Of a stretch of 64,000 bases of DNA, positions 41,251-50,017 are shown piece after piece. The notes under the pieces were generated by a model that saw only the letters and a list, made by a program, of their open reading frames with translations, ran no database searches and was not told where the DNA came from. Each line of letters begins with the position of its first letter. Position 1 is the first letter of the stretch. A program made the position numbers and the translations under genes. Source of the stretch: Longimicrobiales bacterium (GTDB taxonomy: Bacteria > Gemmatimonadota > Gemmatimonadetes > Longimicrobiales > Gaopeijiaceae); NCBI GenBank assembly GCA_041690395.1, contig JAWLHJ010000003.1, positions 192,001 to 256,000 on the forward strand. Direction: 5' to 3'.

Positions 41251-42626
41251 GGCGGCGCGCGGTTCTGACCGGCCTCGTCCTGCTCATGGGATGCGCGGGC
41301 GGACCCTCGGCGCCGCGGGCACCGGTCGTCTCCCCGACCGGTATCGTCTATCCGCCGGGTATTCCCCCCACGGAAACGCGCTACTCACAGACCGCGGCCC
41401 TTTACCTCCGCTCCGGCGAGGCCGACCGGGCCCTCACGCAGGCGCTCGAAGGCATCGCGGCCGACCCGGAGAACGCCCGGCATCACTTCCTCGCCGGCGT
41501 GGCTTACGCACGTCTCGGCCGCTACCGGGAGGCGGACCGGGCGCTGGACAGGGCGCAGGAGATCTATCCTGCCTACGAGCTGGACATCGAGCCGGAGCGG
41601 CTGGCGGCCTGGGCGGAGGCATTCAACGCCGGAACCGAGGCCTACGCGGACGGGCGCGACGACGACGCCATCGAAGCCTGGAGAGGCGCCATGATGGTAT
41701 ACCGGCTGCGGCCCGAGGCCCACGGCAACCTCGGGATGCTCCTGGCGCAACGAGGTGAGCTCGTGGAGGCCATCGACGTGTACGAGGATCTCGTCGCCGG
41801 TCTGGAGCTCGTTCCGGCGACCCGCGTGCTGGGCGCCGAGGAGGTCGCGGAGCGGGAACGGGTCCTGGCGGAGTCGGAGCGGCGGCTGGCGGATCTCCTG
41901 CTCATGGCCGGGCGCTTCGAGCGATCCGAGACCCTGCTTCGCGCCCGGCTGGCCGACGCTCCCGACGACCCTTCCCTACGGCTGGCACTGGCGTCGGCGC
42001 TTACCGGACAGGGCCGGAGCGCAGGAGCCGACTCGATCCACCACGCGCTCCTGTCCGAGCCGCGCCTCGACGAAACGCAACTCTACAACCTGGGGGTGGC
42101 CCTCTTCCGTGCCTCGGCGCCGGAGCGCGCGGCCGAGGCGTTCCGTCGTCTCACCGAAGTGCGGCCGCAGTCGCGGGATGCCTGGTTCAACTACGCGAAC
42201 GCCCTGCTCGCCGCGTCGGACTGGGCCCGCCTGGTCGACATCGGTGCCCACCTGCTGGCCGTGGATCCGCTCGGTGAAGGAGCCGCGCTCCTGGTCGCGC
42301 GAGCCCACCTCGAGTCCGGGGACGAGCAGGCCGCGCTCGCCGAGTTGAGCCGGATCGACACGGCACCCGTGCACGTCGAGGGCCTCACACTGCAGACGGC
42401 CGGCTCGGCGTCCACCCTGAGCGGCCGGGTGGTGGGGAACAGCGGCGAGGTGGGCGCCCCGCTCCGGCTCCGGTTCACCTTCTACGGGTCCGACGGACCG
42501 GCCAGTGCCGACACGGTGCTCATCGTTCCGGACCAGGGCGCGGCCCAACCGTTCGAGGTCTCCGTGCGGATGCGCGCGACGGCGTACCGTTACGAAGTCG
42601 TGGCGGCAGCCGCGGCGGGACGCTGA
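41247..42626 (+). CDS. TPR-repeat lipoprotein
   Basis: Lipobox LLMGC; multiple TPR units (HFLAGVAYARLGRY, AHGNLGMLL, LYNLGVALF, AWFNYANALL); GTGA overlap with the tonB stop. Confidence 0.82.
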   Translation: MRRRAVLTGLVLLMGCAGGPSAPRAPVVSPTGIVYPPGIPPTETRYSQTAALYLRSGEADRALTQALEGIAADPENARHHFLAGVAYARLGRYREADRALDRAQEIYPAYELDIEPERLAAWAEAFNAGTEAYADGRDDDAIEAWRGAMMVYRLRPEAHGNLGMLLAQRGELVEAIDVYEDLVAGLELVPATRVLGAEEVAERERVLAESERRLADLLLMAGRFERSETLLRARLADAPDDPSLRLALASALTGQGRSAGADSIHHALLSEPRLDETQLYNLGVALFRASAPERAAEAFRRLTEVRPQSRDAWFNYANALLAASDWARLVDIGAHLLAVDPLGEGAALLVARAHLESGDEQAALAELSRIDTAPVHVEGLTLQTAGSASTLSGRVVGNSGEVGAPLRLRFTFYGSDGPASADTVLIVPDQGAAQPFEVSVRMRATAYRYEVVAAAAAGR

Positions 42627-42650
42627 CTTCGCGCCACGCCGCGGCCGCCC

Positions 42651-42700
42651 GGCGCCGCGGCGCTCTCGGTGCGCCACGAACTTCTGACTCGGGACACTAG
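42651..42700. mobile_element. Single-arm copy of the CTAG-bounded MITE-like element
   Basis: 45/50 identity by manual alignment to the reverse complement of 17884-17933; ends in CTAG, which supplies the TAG stop of the adjacent gene. Confidence 0.75.
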
Positions 42701-43851
42701 TTCTGCGTCGTCACGGGCTCGAGGCGGACGATCGGGGTAAGCACGCCGTCTCTCGCCTCGACGGCCAGGTACAGGTAGCCGTCCGGGCCCTCGCGCACGT
42801 CCCTCACGCGACCGATGCCCGGGAGAAGGACTTCCTCGCGCACGATCTCGCCGTCCTCGACGTCGAGCCGTGCGAGATATCCGCCGCTCAGGCCACCCGC
42901 GAACGCGTCACCCTGCCATCCCGGGAACTGACTCCCCGTGTAGAACGTGAGGCCGGACACGCCGATGGAGGGGACCCACACGTGAATGGGCTGCTCCATG
43001 CCGGGCCGGTGCGTGCCCTCGTGGATGGCCGAGCCGGTCCGGTAGTTCACGCCGTACCCGATGACCGGCCAGCCGTAGTTGGCGCCGGCGCGCACGATGT
43101 TCACCTCGTCCCCGCCCTGCGGGCCGTGCTCGTTGAGCCAGACCTCGCCGGTCTCGGGATGGATGGCGAGCCCCTGGGCATTCCGGTGCCCGTAGGAATA
43201 GATCTCGGGCAGCGCGCCGGCCTGGTTCACGAAGGGGTTGTCGGCGGGGACGCGTCCGTCGTCATGCAGACGGATCGTCACGCCGTGGTGGTTCGAGAGG
43301 TCCTGGGCCGGGTGCGCCTCGAGGTTCCCTGTCGACGGGGCCTGACGGTCGCCGACCGTGATGAAGAGGTACCCGTCCCCGTCGAACGCCAAGCGCGATC
43401 CGTAGTGCCCGGCACCGGAAGAGCGCGCCTCGAAGATCTCCTCGACGTCGTTGAGTCGGTCGTTCTCGAAGCGCCCACGGATGACCGCCGTGGTCGACCC
43501 ATCGGCCAAAGGCTTGGAGTACGTCAGATAGACGAGCCGGTTCGACGAGAAGTCGGGGTGCGCCGCGACTTCGAGGAGCCCGCCCTGCCCCCGTGCGTAC
43601 ACCTCGGGAAGGCCTCCGACCGGTGAGGGAAGGAGGCGGCCGTCACGCACGATGCGGAGCCGGCCCGGCCGCTCGGTCACGAGCATGTCGCCGCCGGGAA
43701 GGAACGCCATGGACCACGGCGTATCGAGGCCGTCCACGACCGTCACCACTCGGAAGTCGTGCGCCGCGCTGCGATGCATCTCCTGGGCTTGAACGGGCGT
43801 GGCAGACACGCCGAGCACGAGAGCGAGCGACAACGTCAGGGGACGGACCAT
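42697..43851 (-). CDS. PQQ-dependent sugar dehydrogenase (glucose/sorbosone dehydrogenase, YliI-like)
   Basis: Signal peptide MVRPLTLSLALVLGVSATPVQA; GLDTPWSMAFLP, VTERPGRL, GQGGLL, HYGSRL, YSYGHRNAQGL, EHGPQGGDE, NYGWP, RVRDV. Confidence 0.92.
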   Translation of the reverse strand: MVRPLTLSLALVLGVSATPVQAQEMHRSAAHDFRVVTVVDGLDTPWSMAFLPGGDMLVTERPGRLRIVRDGRLLPSPVGGLPEVYARGQGGLLEVAAHPDFSSNRLVYLTYSKPLADGSTTAVIRGRFENDRLNDVEEIFEARSSGAGHYGSRLAFDGDGYLFITVGDRQAPSTGNLEAHPAQDLSNHHGVTIRLHDDGRVPADNPFVNQAGALPEIYSYGHRNAQGLAIHPETGEVWLNEHGPQGGDEVNIVRAGANYGWPVIGYGVNYRTGSAIHEGTHRPGMEQPIHVWVPSIGVSGLTFYTGSQFPGWQGDAFAGGLSGGYLARLDVEDGEIVREEVLLPGIGRVRDVREGPDGYLYLAVEARDGVLTPIVRLEPVTTQN

Positions 43852-43967
43852 CGGGCTATCCTCATTCCAGGGCCAGGGCTCCCGCGCCTCGACGGCGACG
43901 GATCGTTCCAAGGTCAGACGTTTTGCACACCGATGGCTGTCCCGAGTTCCGGCACCGGGGTGTCGCC

Positions 43968-46652
43968 TCAGTCCGCCCGGAGCGCGACCGCCGGGTCGAC
44001 CCGGGCCGCGCGGATCGCCGGGATCGCGGCAGCGAGCGTGGCCGCCAGCGTCAGGACGGCTGCGACGCCCCCGAGCGTCAGCGGGTCCGTACGACCCACA
44101 CCGAAGAGCAGGCTGTCCAGCGCCCCGCCCGCGCCGAGGGCCAGAGCGAGCCCGATCACGATGCCCATGACGACGAGCGCGAGGCTCCGGCCGATGACCA
44201 TCGTCGAGATGCGGCTCCCCTGAGCGCCGAGCGCCATACGGAGCCCGAGCTCCCTGACGCGCGCCCCGACGTCGAACGCGACCACGCCGTATAGCCCGAC
44301 GACCGCGAGCACGAGCGACACCGTGGCGAAGAGGCCGAGAAGGAAAGCCACGAAGCGCTCGGGAGCCACGGCCGTCATGACGATCTCGTCGAGGGTCTGG
44401 ACGCGCGCCACGGCGAGCGATGGATCGAGCGCCCGCACCTCGGCACGGACGGCGGAGACCACCGCCGCGGGATCGCCGCTTACCCGGAGCACCGGGAAGT
44501 AGCTCCGGCCGGCGCTCTGGGACGCGGGCACGTACATCGCGTTCCGGCTTCCCTCCCGGATGCCGAAGTTCCGGATGTCCCCCGCCACGCCGACGACCTC
44601 GCGCCACACGGGGTTCACGGGGTCGTTCACGTTGACCCTGCGGCCGATCGGGCTCTGGCCCGGGAAGAGGCTCGCTGCCGCCGTCTCGTTCAGCACGACC
44701 ACGAGCCCGTCGTCCGGGCCGTCCGACGCCTCGAACCACCGTCCCTGCACGACCGACATGCGCATCGCCTCGAGGTACCCGGGCGTCACACGCCGGAACC
44801 AGACGGCGTCGTCCTCTCCCGGCTCCGGGAGCGGGCGCCCCTCGACCAGGATGGTCACATCCCCGTCGAAGCCCATGAGGGGGACGGTCGACGTGAGCCC
44901 CGCGGACTCGACACCCGGAATGGCCCGGAAGCGCTCGTCGAGGGCGTCCGTGAACGTCCGGATGGTCTCGGCATCCGGGTACCTGCTCGCGGGAAGGTTG
45001 AGTTGCATGGTGACCACGCCCGACGGGTCGAAGCCGAGGTCCGTCGCGCGAAGGTTCTGGAAGCTCCGTACCAACAGTCCGGCGCCCACCATGAGCACCA
45101 TCGCGAGGGCGACCTGAGCGACGACGAGCCCGGAGCGGAGCCGGGCGCCGCCCGCGCTCATCCCCGATCGGCCTCCCTCACGGAGGTCCACGTGGAGATC
45201 GGCCTTGGCGACGCGGAGCGCGGGGATCAGCCCGAAGAGCAGGCCAGCCAGCGTCGTGGCCACGCCGGTGAACAGCAGGACCCGCCCGTCGACCCGCACG
45301 GCCTCGATGCGCGGCGTTCCTTCCGGTGCCAGCGCGACCAGCGCGTCGGTCCCCCAGTACGCCAGCGCCACGCCCGCTGCGCCGCCCAGCGCGGCCAGCA
45401 CCAGGCTCTCCGTGAGGAGCTGACCGAAGATGCGGCTCCGCCCTGCCCCCAGCGCCGACCGGACCGCGAGTTCCTGCAGGCGTCCGCTGGCCCGGGCCAC
45501 GAGGAGGTTCGCGACGTTCACGCACGCGACCAGCAGAACGAGCCCCACCGCGCCGAGCAGCACGAGGAGCCCGGCCCGGGTATCGGACACCATGTCGTCC
45601 CGGAGCGCCACGGCCCGGAACGTCATCCCCGTGTTGCTGTCGAGATAGGCGCGCTCGAGACGTCCTCCGAGCTGGCCGACCTCTGCACTCGCCTGCTCCA
45701 CCGATGCGCCCTCGGCGAGCCGGCCGACCACGCGCCAGCCGAAGCCGCCCCTGCCCTGTTCGGCGTTCTCGGGCGGGACGACGGGCGCCCAGAGATCCGC
45801 GTTGGGAAGGAACGGAGGACGGAAGCCCTCGGGCATGACCCCGACGACCTCGAACGGCTGGTCCATGAGGGTGAGGGTCGATCCCACGACCGACGGATCG
45901 CGACCGAAGGCGCGGTCCCAGAAGCCGTGGCTCAGAAGCACGCGGCCCGGCGCGCCGGGGTCGTGATCCTCGGCCAGCAGCGTCCGGCCGACGACCGGGT
46001 CGACCGCGAGCACCTCGCTCAGCATCCCTTCCGAGACGAACGCGCCGAGGAGCTGCTGCGGCTCTTCCGTGTCGGTCCAGGACGGTCCCCATCCGCCCCA
46101 CACGGCGACGCCCTCGAGCGTGGACGCCTCGGCGCGGACGTCGCGGAAGTTGGCGTAGGAGAACCATTCGTCGTCGGGGCCGCCGCGCTGGGTCACGTCG
46201 GTCCACACGACGACGAGCTCCTCGGGCTCCGGGAACGGGAGGGGCCGGAACAGGATCCCGTCGACGACGCTGAAGATGGCCGTATTGACCCCGATGCCGA
46301 GGGCCAGGGTCACCGTCACCACCGTCGCGAACAGCGGGTGCTCGCGCAGCATACGCAGGGCGTACCGGACGTCCTGGCCGATCGTGTCGCGCCAGGTCCC
46401 GAGGGTCGTTCTCCGCTCCGTGCGCTTCCTCATCTTCCTCATCCCCCGCTTCACGGCGTCCACGTTCCCGAAGCGTCGCCTGGCTTCAGCCTCGGCATTC
46501 TCCTTGCTCCACCCCTGCGCCATCAACGACTCGACGCGGCGCTCCAGATGGAAGCGCACCTCGTCGTCGAGCTCCTCCTCCCGCCCCGGCTCTCCCTCGG
46601 AGATGCGGAGCAGCCGGCGCTTCTCCCGCGCATCCCGCGCCTTGCGGCTCAT
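43968..46652 (-). CDS. ADOP-type duplicated ABC permease (MacB/FtsX-like)
   Basis: Permease-prefix ELDDEVRFHLE..EARRRFG, QDVRYALRML, TLALGIGVNTAIFSVV, LLVACVNVANL, ELGLRMALGA, AARVDPAVALRAD. Confidence 0.92.
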   Translation of the reverse strand: MSRKARDAREKRRLLRISEGEPGREEELDDEVRFHLERRVESLMAQGWSKENAEAEARRRFGNVDAVKRGMRKMRKRTERRTTLGTWRDTIGQDVRYALRMLREHPLFATVVTVTLALGIGVNTAIFSVVDGILFRPLPFPEPEELVVVWTDVTQRGGPDDEWFSYANFRDVRAEASTLEGVAVWGGWGPSWTDTEEPQQLLGAFVSEGMLSEVLAVDPVVGRTLLAEDHDPGAPGRVLLSHGFWDRAFGRDPSVVGSTLTLMDQPFEVVGVMPEGFRPPFLPNADLWAPVVPPENAEQGRGGFGWRVVGRLAEGASVEQASAEVGQLGGRLERAYLDSNTGMTFRAVALRDDMVSDTRAGLLVLLGAVGLVLLVACVNVANLLVARASGRLQELAVRSALGAGRSRIFGQLLTESLVLAALGGAAGVALAYWGTDALVALAPEGTPRIEAVRVDGRVLLFTGVATTLAGLLFGLIPALRVAKADLHVDLREGGRSGMSAGGARLRSGLVVAQVALAMVLMVGAGLLVRSFQNLRATDLGFDPSGVVTMQLNLPASRYPDAETIRTFTDALDERFRAIPGVESAGLTSTVPLMGFDGDVTILVEGRPLPEPGEDDAVWFRRVTPGYLEAMRMSVVQGRWFEASDGPDDGLVVVLNETAAASLFPGQSPIGRRVNVNDPVNPVWREVVGVAGDIRNFGIREGSRNAMYVPASQSAGRSYFPVLRVSGDPAAVVSAVRAEVRALDPSLAVARVQTLDEIVMTAVAPERFVAFLLGLFATVSLVLAVVGLYGVVAFDVGARVRELGLRMALGAQGSRISTMVIGRSLALVVMGIVIGLALALGAGGALDSLLFGVGRTDPLTLGGVAAVLTLAATLAAAIPAIRAARVDPAVALRAD

Positions 46653-46662
46653 CGTTCTCTCC

Positions 46663-47007
46663 TCAGACCGCCGGATCCTCCGCCAGCGCCTGGGCCACGG
46701 CCCGGGCGTAGCGGCTCCACGTGCTGGTCTCGTCGGCGAGCTGGCGCTCCCCGGCCTTCGTCAGCCGGTAGTACTTCGCCCGCCGGTTGTTCTCCGAGAG
46801 CCCCCACTCGGCTTCGACCCACCCCTTGGCTTCGAGCCGGTGGAGCGCGGGGTACAGCGTTCCTTCTTCGACGAGAAGGCTGCCGTCGGTGGCCTGACGG
46901 AGCCATTCCGTCACGGCGTACCCGTGGCGCTCGCCTCCGCTCAGCGCCTTGAGAATGAGAAGATCCACGGTTCCGCGGATGAGGTTCAGGTTCTGGTCCG
47001 TCATCAT
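46663..47007 (-). CDS. PadR-family transcriptional regulator (ADOP-associated type)
   Basis: GTVDLLILKAL..HGYAV..VEEGTLYPALHRLE..W..AEWGLSENNRRAKYYRLT; directly upstream of the ADOP permease. Confidence 0.92.
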   Translation of the reverse strand: MMTDQNLNLIRGTVDLLILKALSGGERHGYAVTEWLRQATDGSLLVEEGTLYPALHRLEAKGWVEAEWGLSENNRRAKYYRLTKAGERQLADETSTWSRYARAVAQALAEDPAV

Positions 47008-47008
47008 G

Positions 47009-47064
47009 CTCCCCTTGGGTTTCGATGGAAGATGGGCACCCACCCCCTTGGAACACAAGGGGAG
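47009..47064. promoter_or_regulatory. Candidate PadR operator palindromes
   Basis: CCCCTTG-N5-CAAGGGG at 47044-47062 and a degenerate copy CCCCTTG-N5-CGATGGA at 47011-47029 overlapping the padR RBS. Confidence 0.5.
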
Positions 47065-47176
47065 CCTCGCGGGATGCGGAGGACAACGTGCGATCGTACC
47101 TTGCACGCCGTTTCCAGATGCCGTCGTACGCAGCCTCCGCGTCCAGTCACCCTCACCCTCCGAGAGTCCACCTCAC

Positions 47177-47671
47177 ATGAAGCAGCGTATCCATACCAGC
47201 ATGCTCGCTCCCGTCCTTCTCGCCGCGGCCCTGTTGGTCGCGCCGCCCTCGTCAGCGCACGCCCAGCTTACCAGCGCCCCCGTCATCACCCTCGACGCGG
47301 CGCGCGGCATGATGGCCGCGGCGGAAGCGGAGGCTACACGGAACGCGTGGCCCGTTGCCATCGCCATCGTGGACGTGGCGGGAGAGCTGATCCTTTTCCA
47401 GAAGCTGGACGGCACCCAGGCCGCGAGCATCGATATCGCCATCGGCAAGGCCAGCACGGCAGCGCGCCTGCGGCGGCCGACGAAAGCGCTCGAGGACGCC
47501 ATCGCTTCGGGGCGGATGGCCCTCGCGGCGGTGGACGGGATCCTTCCTCTCGAGGGCGGCGTGCCCATCGTGGTGGATGGGGAGGTCATCGGCGCGGTCG
47601 GCGTGAGCGGCGTGACGTCCCAGCAGGATGCCCAGGTGGCGGAAGCGGGCGTGGCGGCGCTGCGGCGTTGA
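47177..47671 (+). CDS. GlcG/HbpS-family heme-binding protein, exported
   Basis: Signal peptide; VAIAIVDVAGEL..LDG..AIGKASTA, LEGGVPIVVDGEVIGAVGVSG..QDAQVA. Confidence 0.88.
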   Translation: MKQRIHTSMLAPVLLAAALLVAPPSSAHAQLTSAPVITLDAARGMMAAAEAEATRNAWPVAIAIVDVAGELILFQKLDGTQAASIDIAIGKASTAARLRRPTKALEDAIASGRMALAAVDGILPLEGGVPIVVDGEVIGAVGVSGVTSQQDAQVAEAGVAALRR

Positions 47672-47792
47672 CGGCAGCCAGGCCCCGCCGCGACACCTGA
47701 CACAAACCGGTAGCTTCAAGCGTACGAGAAGCGGTAGACGGGCGCCTATCGGGCGCCCCCCGAAGCCACATCGAACGCGAGTGAGCGCGCAC

Positions 47793-48515
47793 ATGCGCAC
47801 CTTTCATATCCTGATCTCGATCCTGATCTCGGCCGCAGCAGCGGCGGGTCCGTTGGTGTCCCCGGTCGCGGCCCAGTCCGACGGGCCGGTCCAGGGCTTC
47901 GTCGGGGGCGACATCCTCGTCGCCACGCCCGTCGGCGAGTTCGCCGAGAACGTGGGCACGGGCTTCGGCCTCGGGCTCCACGGGCGGTTGAGCGGAAGCG
48001 AGACGAGCCTCGTGAGTCTCCGACTGGACCTGGGCTTCCTGAACTACGGCAACGAGACGATCCGCATCTGTGTCACGCTGCCATGCCGGGTCACCGGCGA
48101 CCTCACGACCTCGAACAACATCTTCTTCGGAGGCCTGGGACCGGAGCTCGGCCTCGTCGGGGGGCCGTTCAGGGTATACGGCAACATCAGCGGCGGGTTC
48201 GCCTATTTCGCCACCACGTCGTCCGTGGAGGGGGCCAACAACCAGGGCGATCCCTTCGCGGAGTCCACGAACTTCGACGACGCCACGTTCGCGTGGATGA
48301 GCGGCGGTGGGATCCAGCTACGGACGATGGCCGGCCGGCATCCGCTGCTCGTGGACGTCGGAGCCCGATACCACGGGAACGGAGAAGCCGAGTACCTGCG
48401 GAAGGGGGACATCCAGGACGAGCCGGACGGGTCGGTCACCATCAACCCGCAGCGGAGCGAGACGAACCTCTGGACCTTCCGGATCGGCGTCTCGGTCGGG
48501 ATCCGGGGCTCGTGA
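47793..48515 (+). CDS. Outer-membrane beta-barrel protein (hypothetical)
   Basis: Signal peptide ending VAA-Q; amphipathic strands; C-terminal FRIGVSVG. Confidence 0.75.
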   Translation: MRTFHILISILISAAAAAGPLVSPVAAQSDGPVQGFVGGDILVATPVGEFAENVGTGFGLGLHGRLSGSETSLVSLRLDLGFLNYGNETIRICVTLPCRVTGDLTTSNNIFFGGLGPELGLVGGPFRVYGNISGGFAYFATTSSVEGANNQGDPFAESTNFDDATFAWMSGGGIQLRTMAGRHPLLVDVGARYHGNGEAEYLRKGDIQDEPDGSVTINPQRSETNLWTFRIGVSVGIRGS

Positions 48516-48546
48516 CCCGGCCCCCGCCCGCGCGGGGCTGAGCTAT

Positions 48547-48586
48547 AAAAAAAAGGGGGGCGGCGCGCGGCGCCGCCCCCCTTTTC
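48547..48586. terminator. Bidirectional rho-independent terminator
   Basis: aaaaaaa-ggggggcggcgc-gcg-gcgccgcccccc-tttt between convergent genes. Confidence 0.85.
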
Positions 48587-48602
48587 CTTCCAACTCACCC
48601 GA

Positions 48603-49118
48603 TCACTGGACCTTCTGCGGTTCCATCAGGGCCACCAATCGGCGCCCCTCGATCGTGTTCGAGCGCTGCTCGAGGCGTCCGATGTCGGACAGGTTTTCGA
48701 GCATACGGTCGAGCGTCTTGGCGCCGACCTCCGCCTGACGGAGCTCACGCCCCCTGAATCGGAGCACCACGCGGACGGCGTTCCCTTCCTCCAGGAACTT
48801 GCGAGCGCGCTTCTCCTTGACCTCGAAGTCGTGGTCGTCGGTGCGCGGCCGGAGCTGGATCTCCTTCAGCTCGACGGTGTGCTGGTTCTTACGCGCTTCG
48901 CGCGCGGCCTTCTGCCGCTCGTAACGCTCCTTTCCCCAGTCCATGAGACGGACCACGGGAGGACGCGCTTCGGCGGCGACTTCGACCAGGTCGAGGCTGG
49001 CCTCGGCGGCCCGCTCCTTGGCGGTGTCCAGCGAGACGACACCGACCTGCTCGCCCTCCGCGTCGATGAGACGCACGGGGCTGATCCGGATGTTGTCGTT
49101 GACTCTTGGGTTGTCGAT
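48603..49118 (-). CDS. infC: Translation initiation factor IF-3 with non-canonical ATC start
   Basis: In-frame extension ATC GAC AAC CCA AGA GTC AAC GAC AAC ATC CGG (IDNPRVNDNIRISPVRLID) with GAGGAG 6 nt upstream; LDLVEVA, PPVVRLMDWGK, KEIQLRP, FRGRE. Confidence 0.92.
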   Translation of the reverse strand: MDNPRVNDNIRISPVRLIDAEGEQVGVVSLDTAKERAAEASLDLVEVAAEARPPVVRLMDWGKERYERQKAAREARKNQHTVELKEIQLRPRTDDHDFEVKEKRARKFLEEGNAVRVVLRFRGRELRQAEVGAKTLDRMLENLSDIGRLEQRSNTIEGRRLVALMEPQKVQ

Positions 49119-49231
49119 GAGGCTCTCCTCGTGGGGTTGAACAGTCGCGGCTCCAGAGTGGAAGCCGACTTTTCAACATACGCCCTGACGTGCGTCGAGG
49201 TCCAATTCAGCGGATCGGACGCGGACGTGGA

Positions 49232-49855
49232 TCAGAACGGAATCGATCGGATGAGGAGGCCCGTGGTGGATACCCGCACCTGGAATCGCGCGGGCGCATC
49301 GACGTCGACATAGGTCGCCGATCCGTACTCGGTATCGACCAGGAACCGGAGCCACGCGTGACGGGCCACGAGCTCGAAGAGGTCGACCGCCTTGGCGGTC
49401 TTGAGCGAGTGCACGGTCCGCGGAAGGCCGCGCTCGTTCTCGATGTCCACGTACCGTCCGGTGAGGCGATCGAGCTCGTACTGCGTGCTGTAGCCCAGGA
49501 CGTTCGCGAAGTACTGCCACTTGAGGATGTGCGCGTCGACGAGGAGCTGGTCCCCGAGCACGTGGAGCGTGGTGTCGCGCCCGTCCGGGAACTCGAGGAA
49601 GGCCTGGAACGTCCGAGCGCCGGTCGGGACCGTCGTCACCGTCAGCGCCAGCTCCTCCTGGGTCAGCGCGCGATATCCGTGCGTGGATACGCCCAGTGTG
49701 CCCGCGAGAGCTCCGAGCGCGAGGAACAGGGCTCCCCCACCGGTCCGGGCCGCACCGCCCGCCCAACGACCGCCCCGGACCGCCCGCACGGCGAGCCCCA
49801 CCATGACCACGCCCAGCAGGCCGAAGCCCAGCGCGATTCCGGTCAGGATGTCCAT
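49232..49855 (-). CDS. Hypothetical membrane protein (two N-terminal TM helices)
   Basis: Hydrophobic N-terminus; GDQLLVDAHILKW, YELDRLTGRY, VDTEYGSATY look conserved; no family assigned. Confidence 0.72.
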   Translation of the reverse strand: MDILTGIALGFGLLGVVMVGLAVRAVRGGRWAGGAARTGGGALFLALGALAGTLGVSTHGYRALTQEELALTVTTVPTGARTFQAFLEFPDGRDTTLHVLGDQLLVDAHILKWQYFANVLGYSTQYELDRLTGRYVDIENERGLPRTVHSLKTAKAVDLFELVARHAWLRFLVDTEYGSATYVDVDAPARFQVRVSTTGLLIRSIPF

Positions 49856-50017
49856 GCGCTCTCATGCTTCTCGGTCTCGATCATGCTCAAAGCTGCGTGA
49901 CGACCCCACCGAGGGGCAACAATCTTCGCTCCGGACCGGTTGTGCGAGCGCACGGGTATCGGACGTCATAGTGTGGTGCAGGCACACCCTTTTCCCGCCC
50001 CCGAACCCGGAGCCCCG

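Noticed and set aside
43852..44739. N-terminal 295 aa of the 680-aa ORF 42697-44739
   Set aside because: Arg-rich out-of-frame overlap with the ADOP permease; the real gene begins with a signal peptide at 43851.
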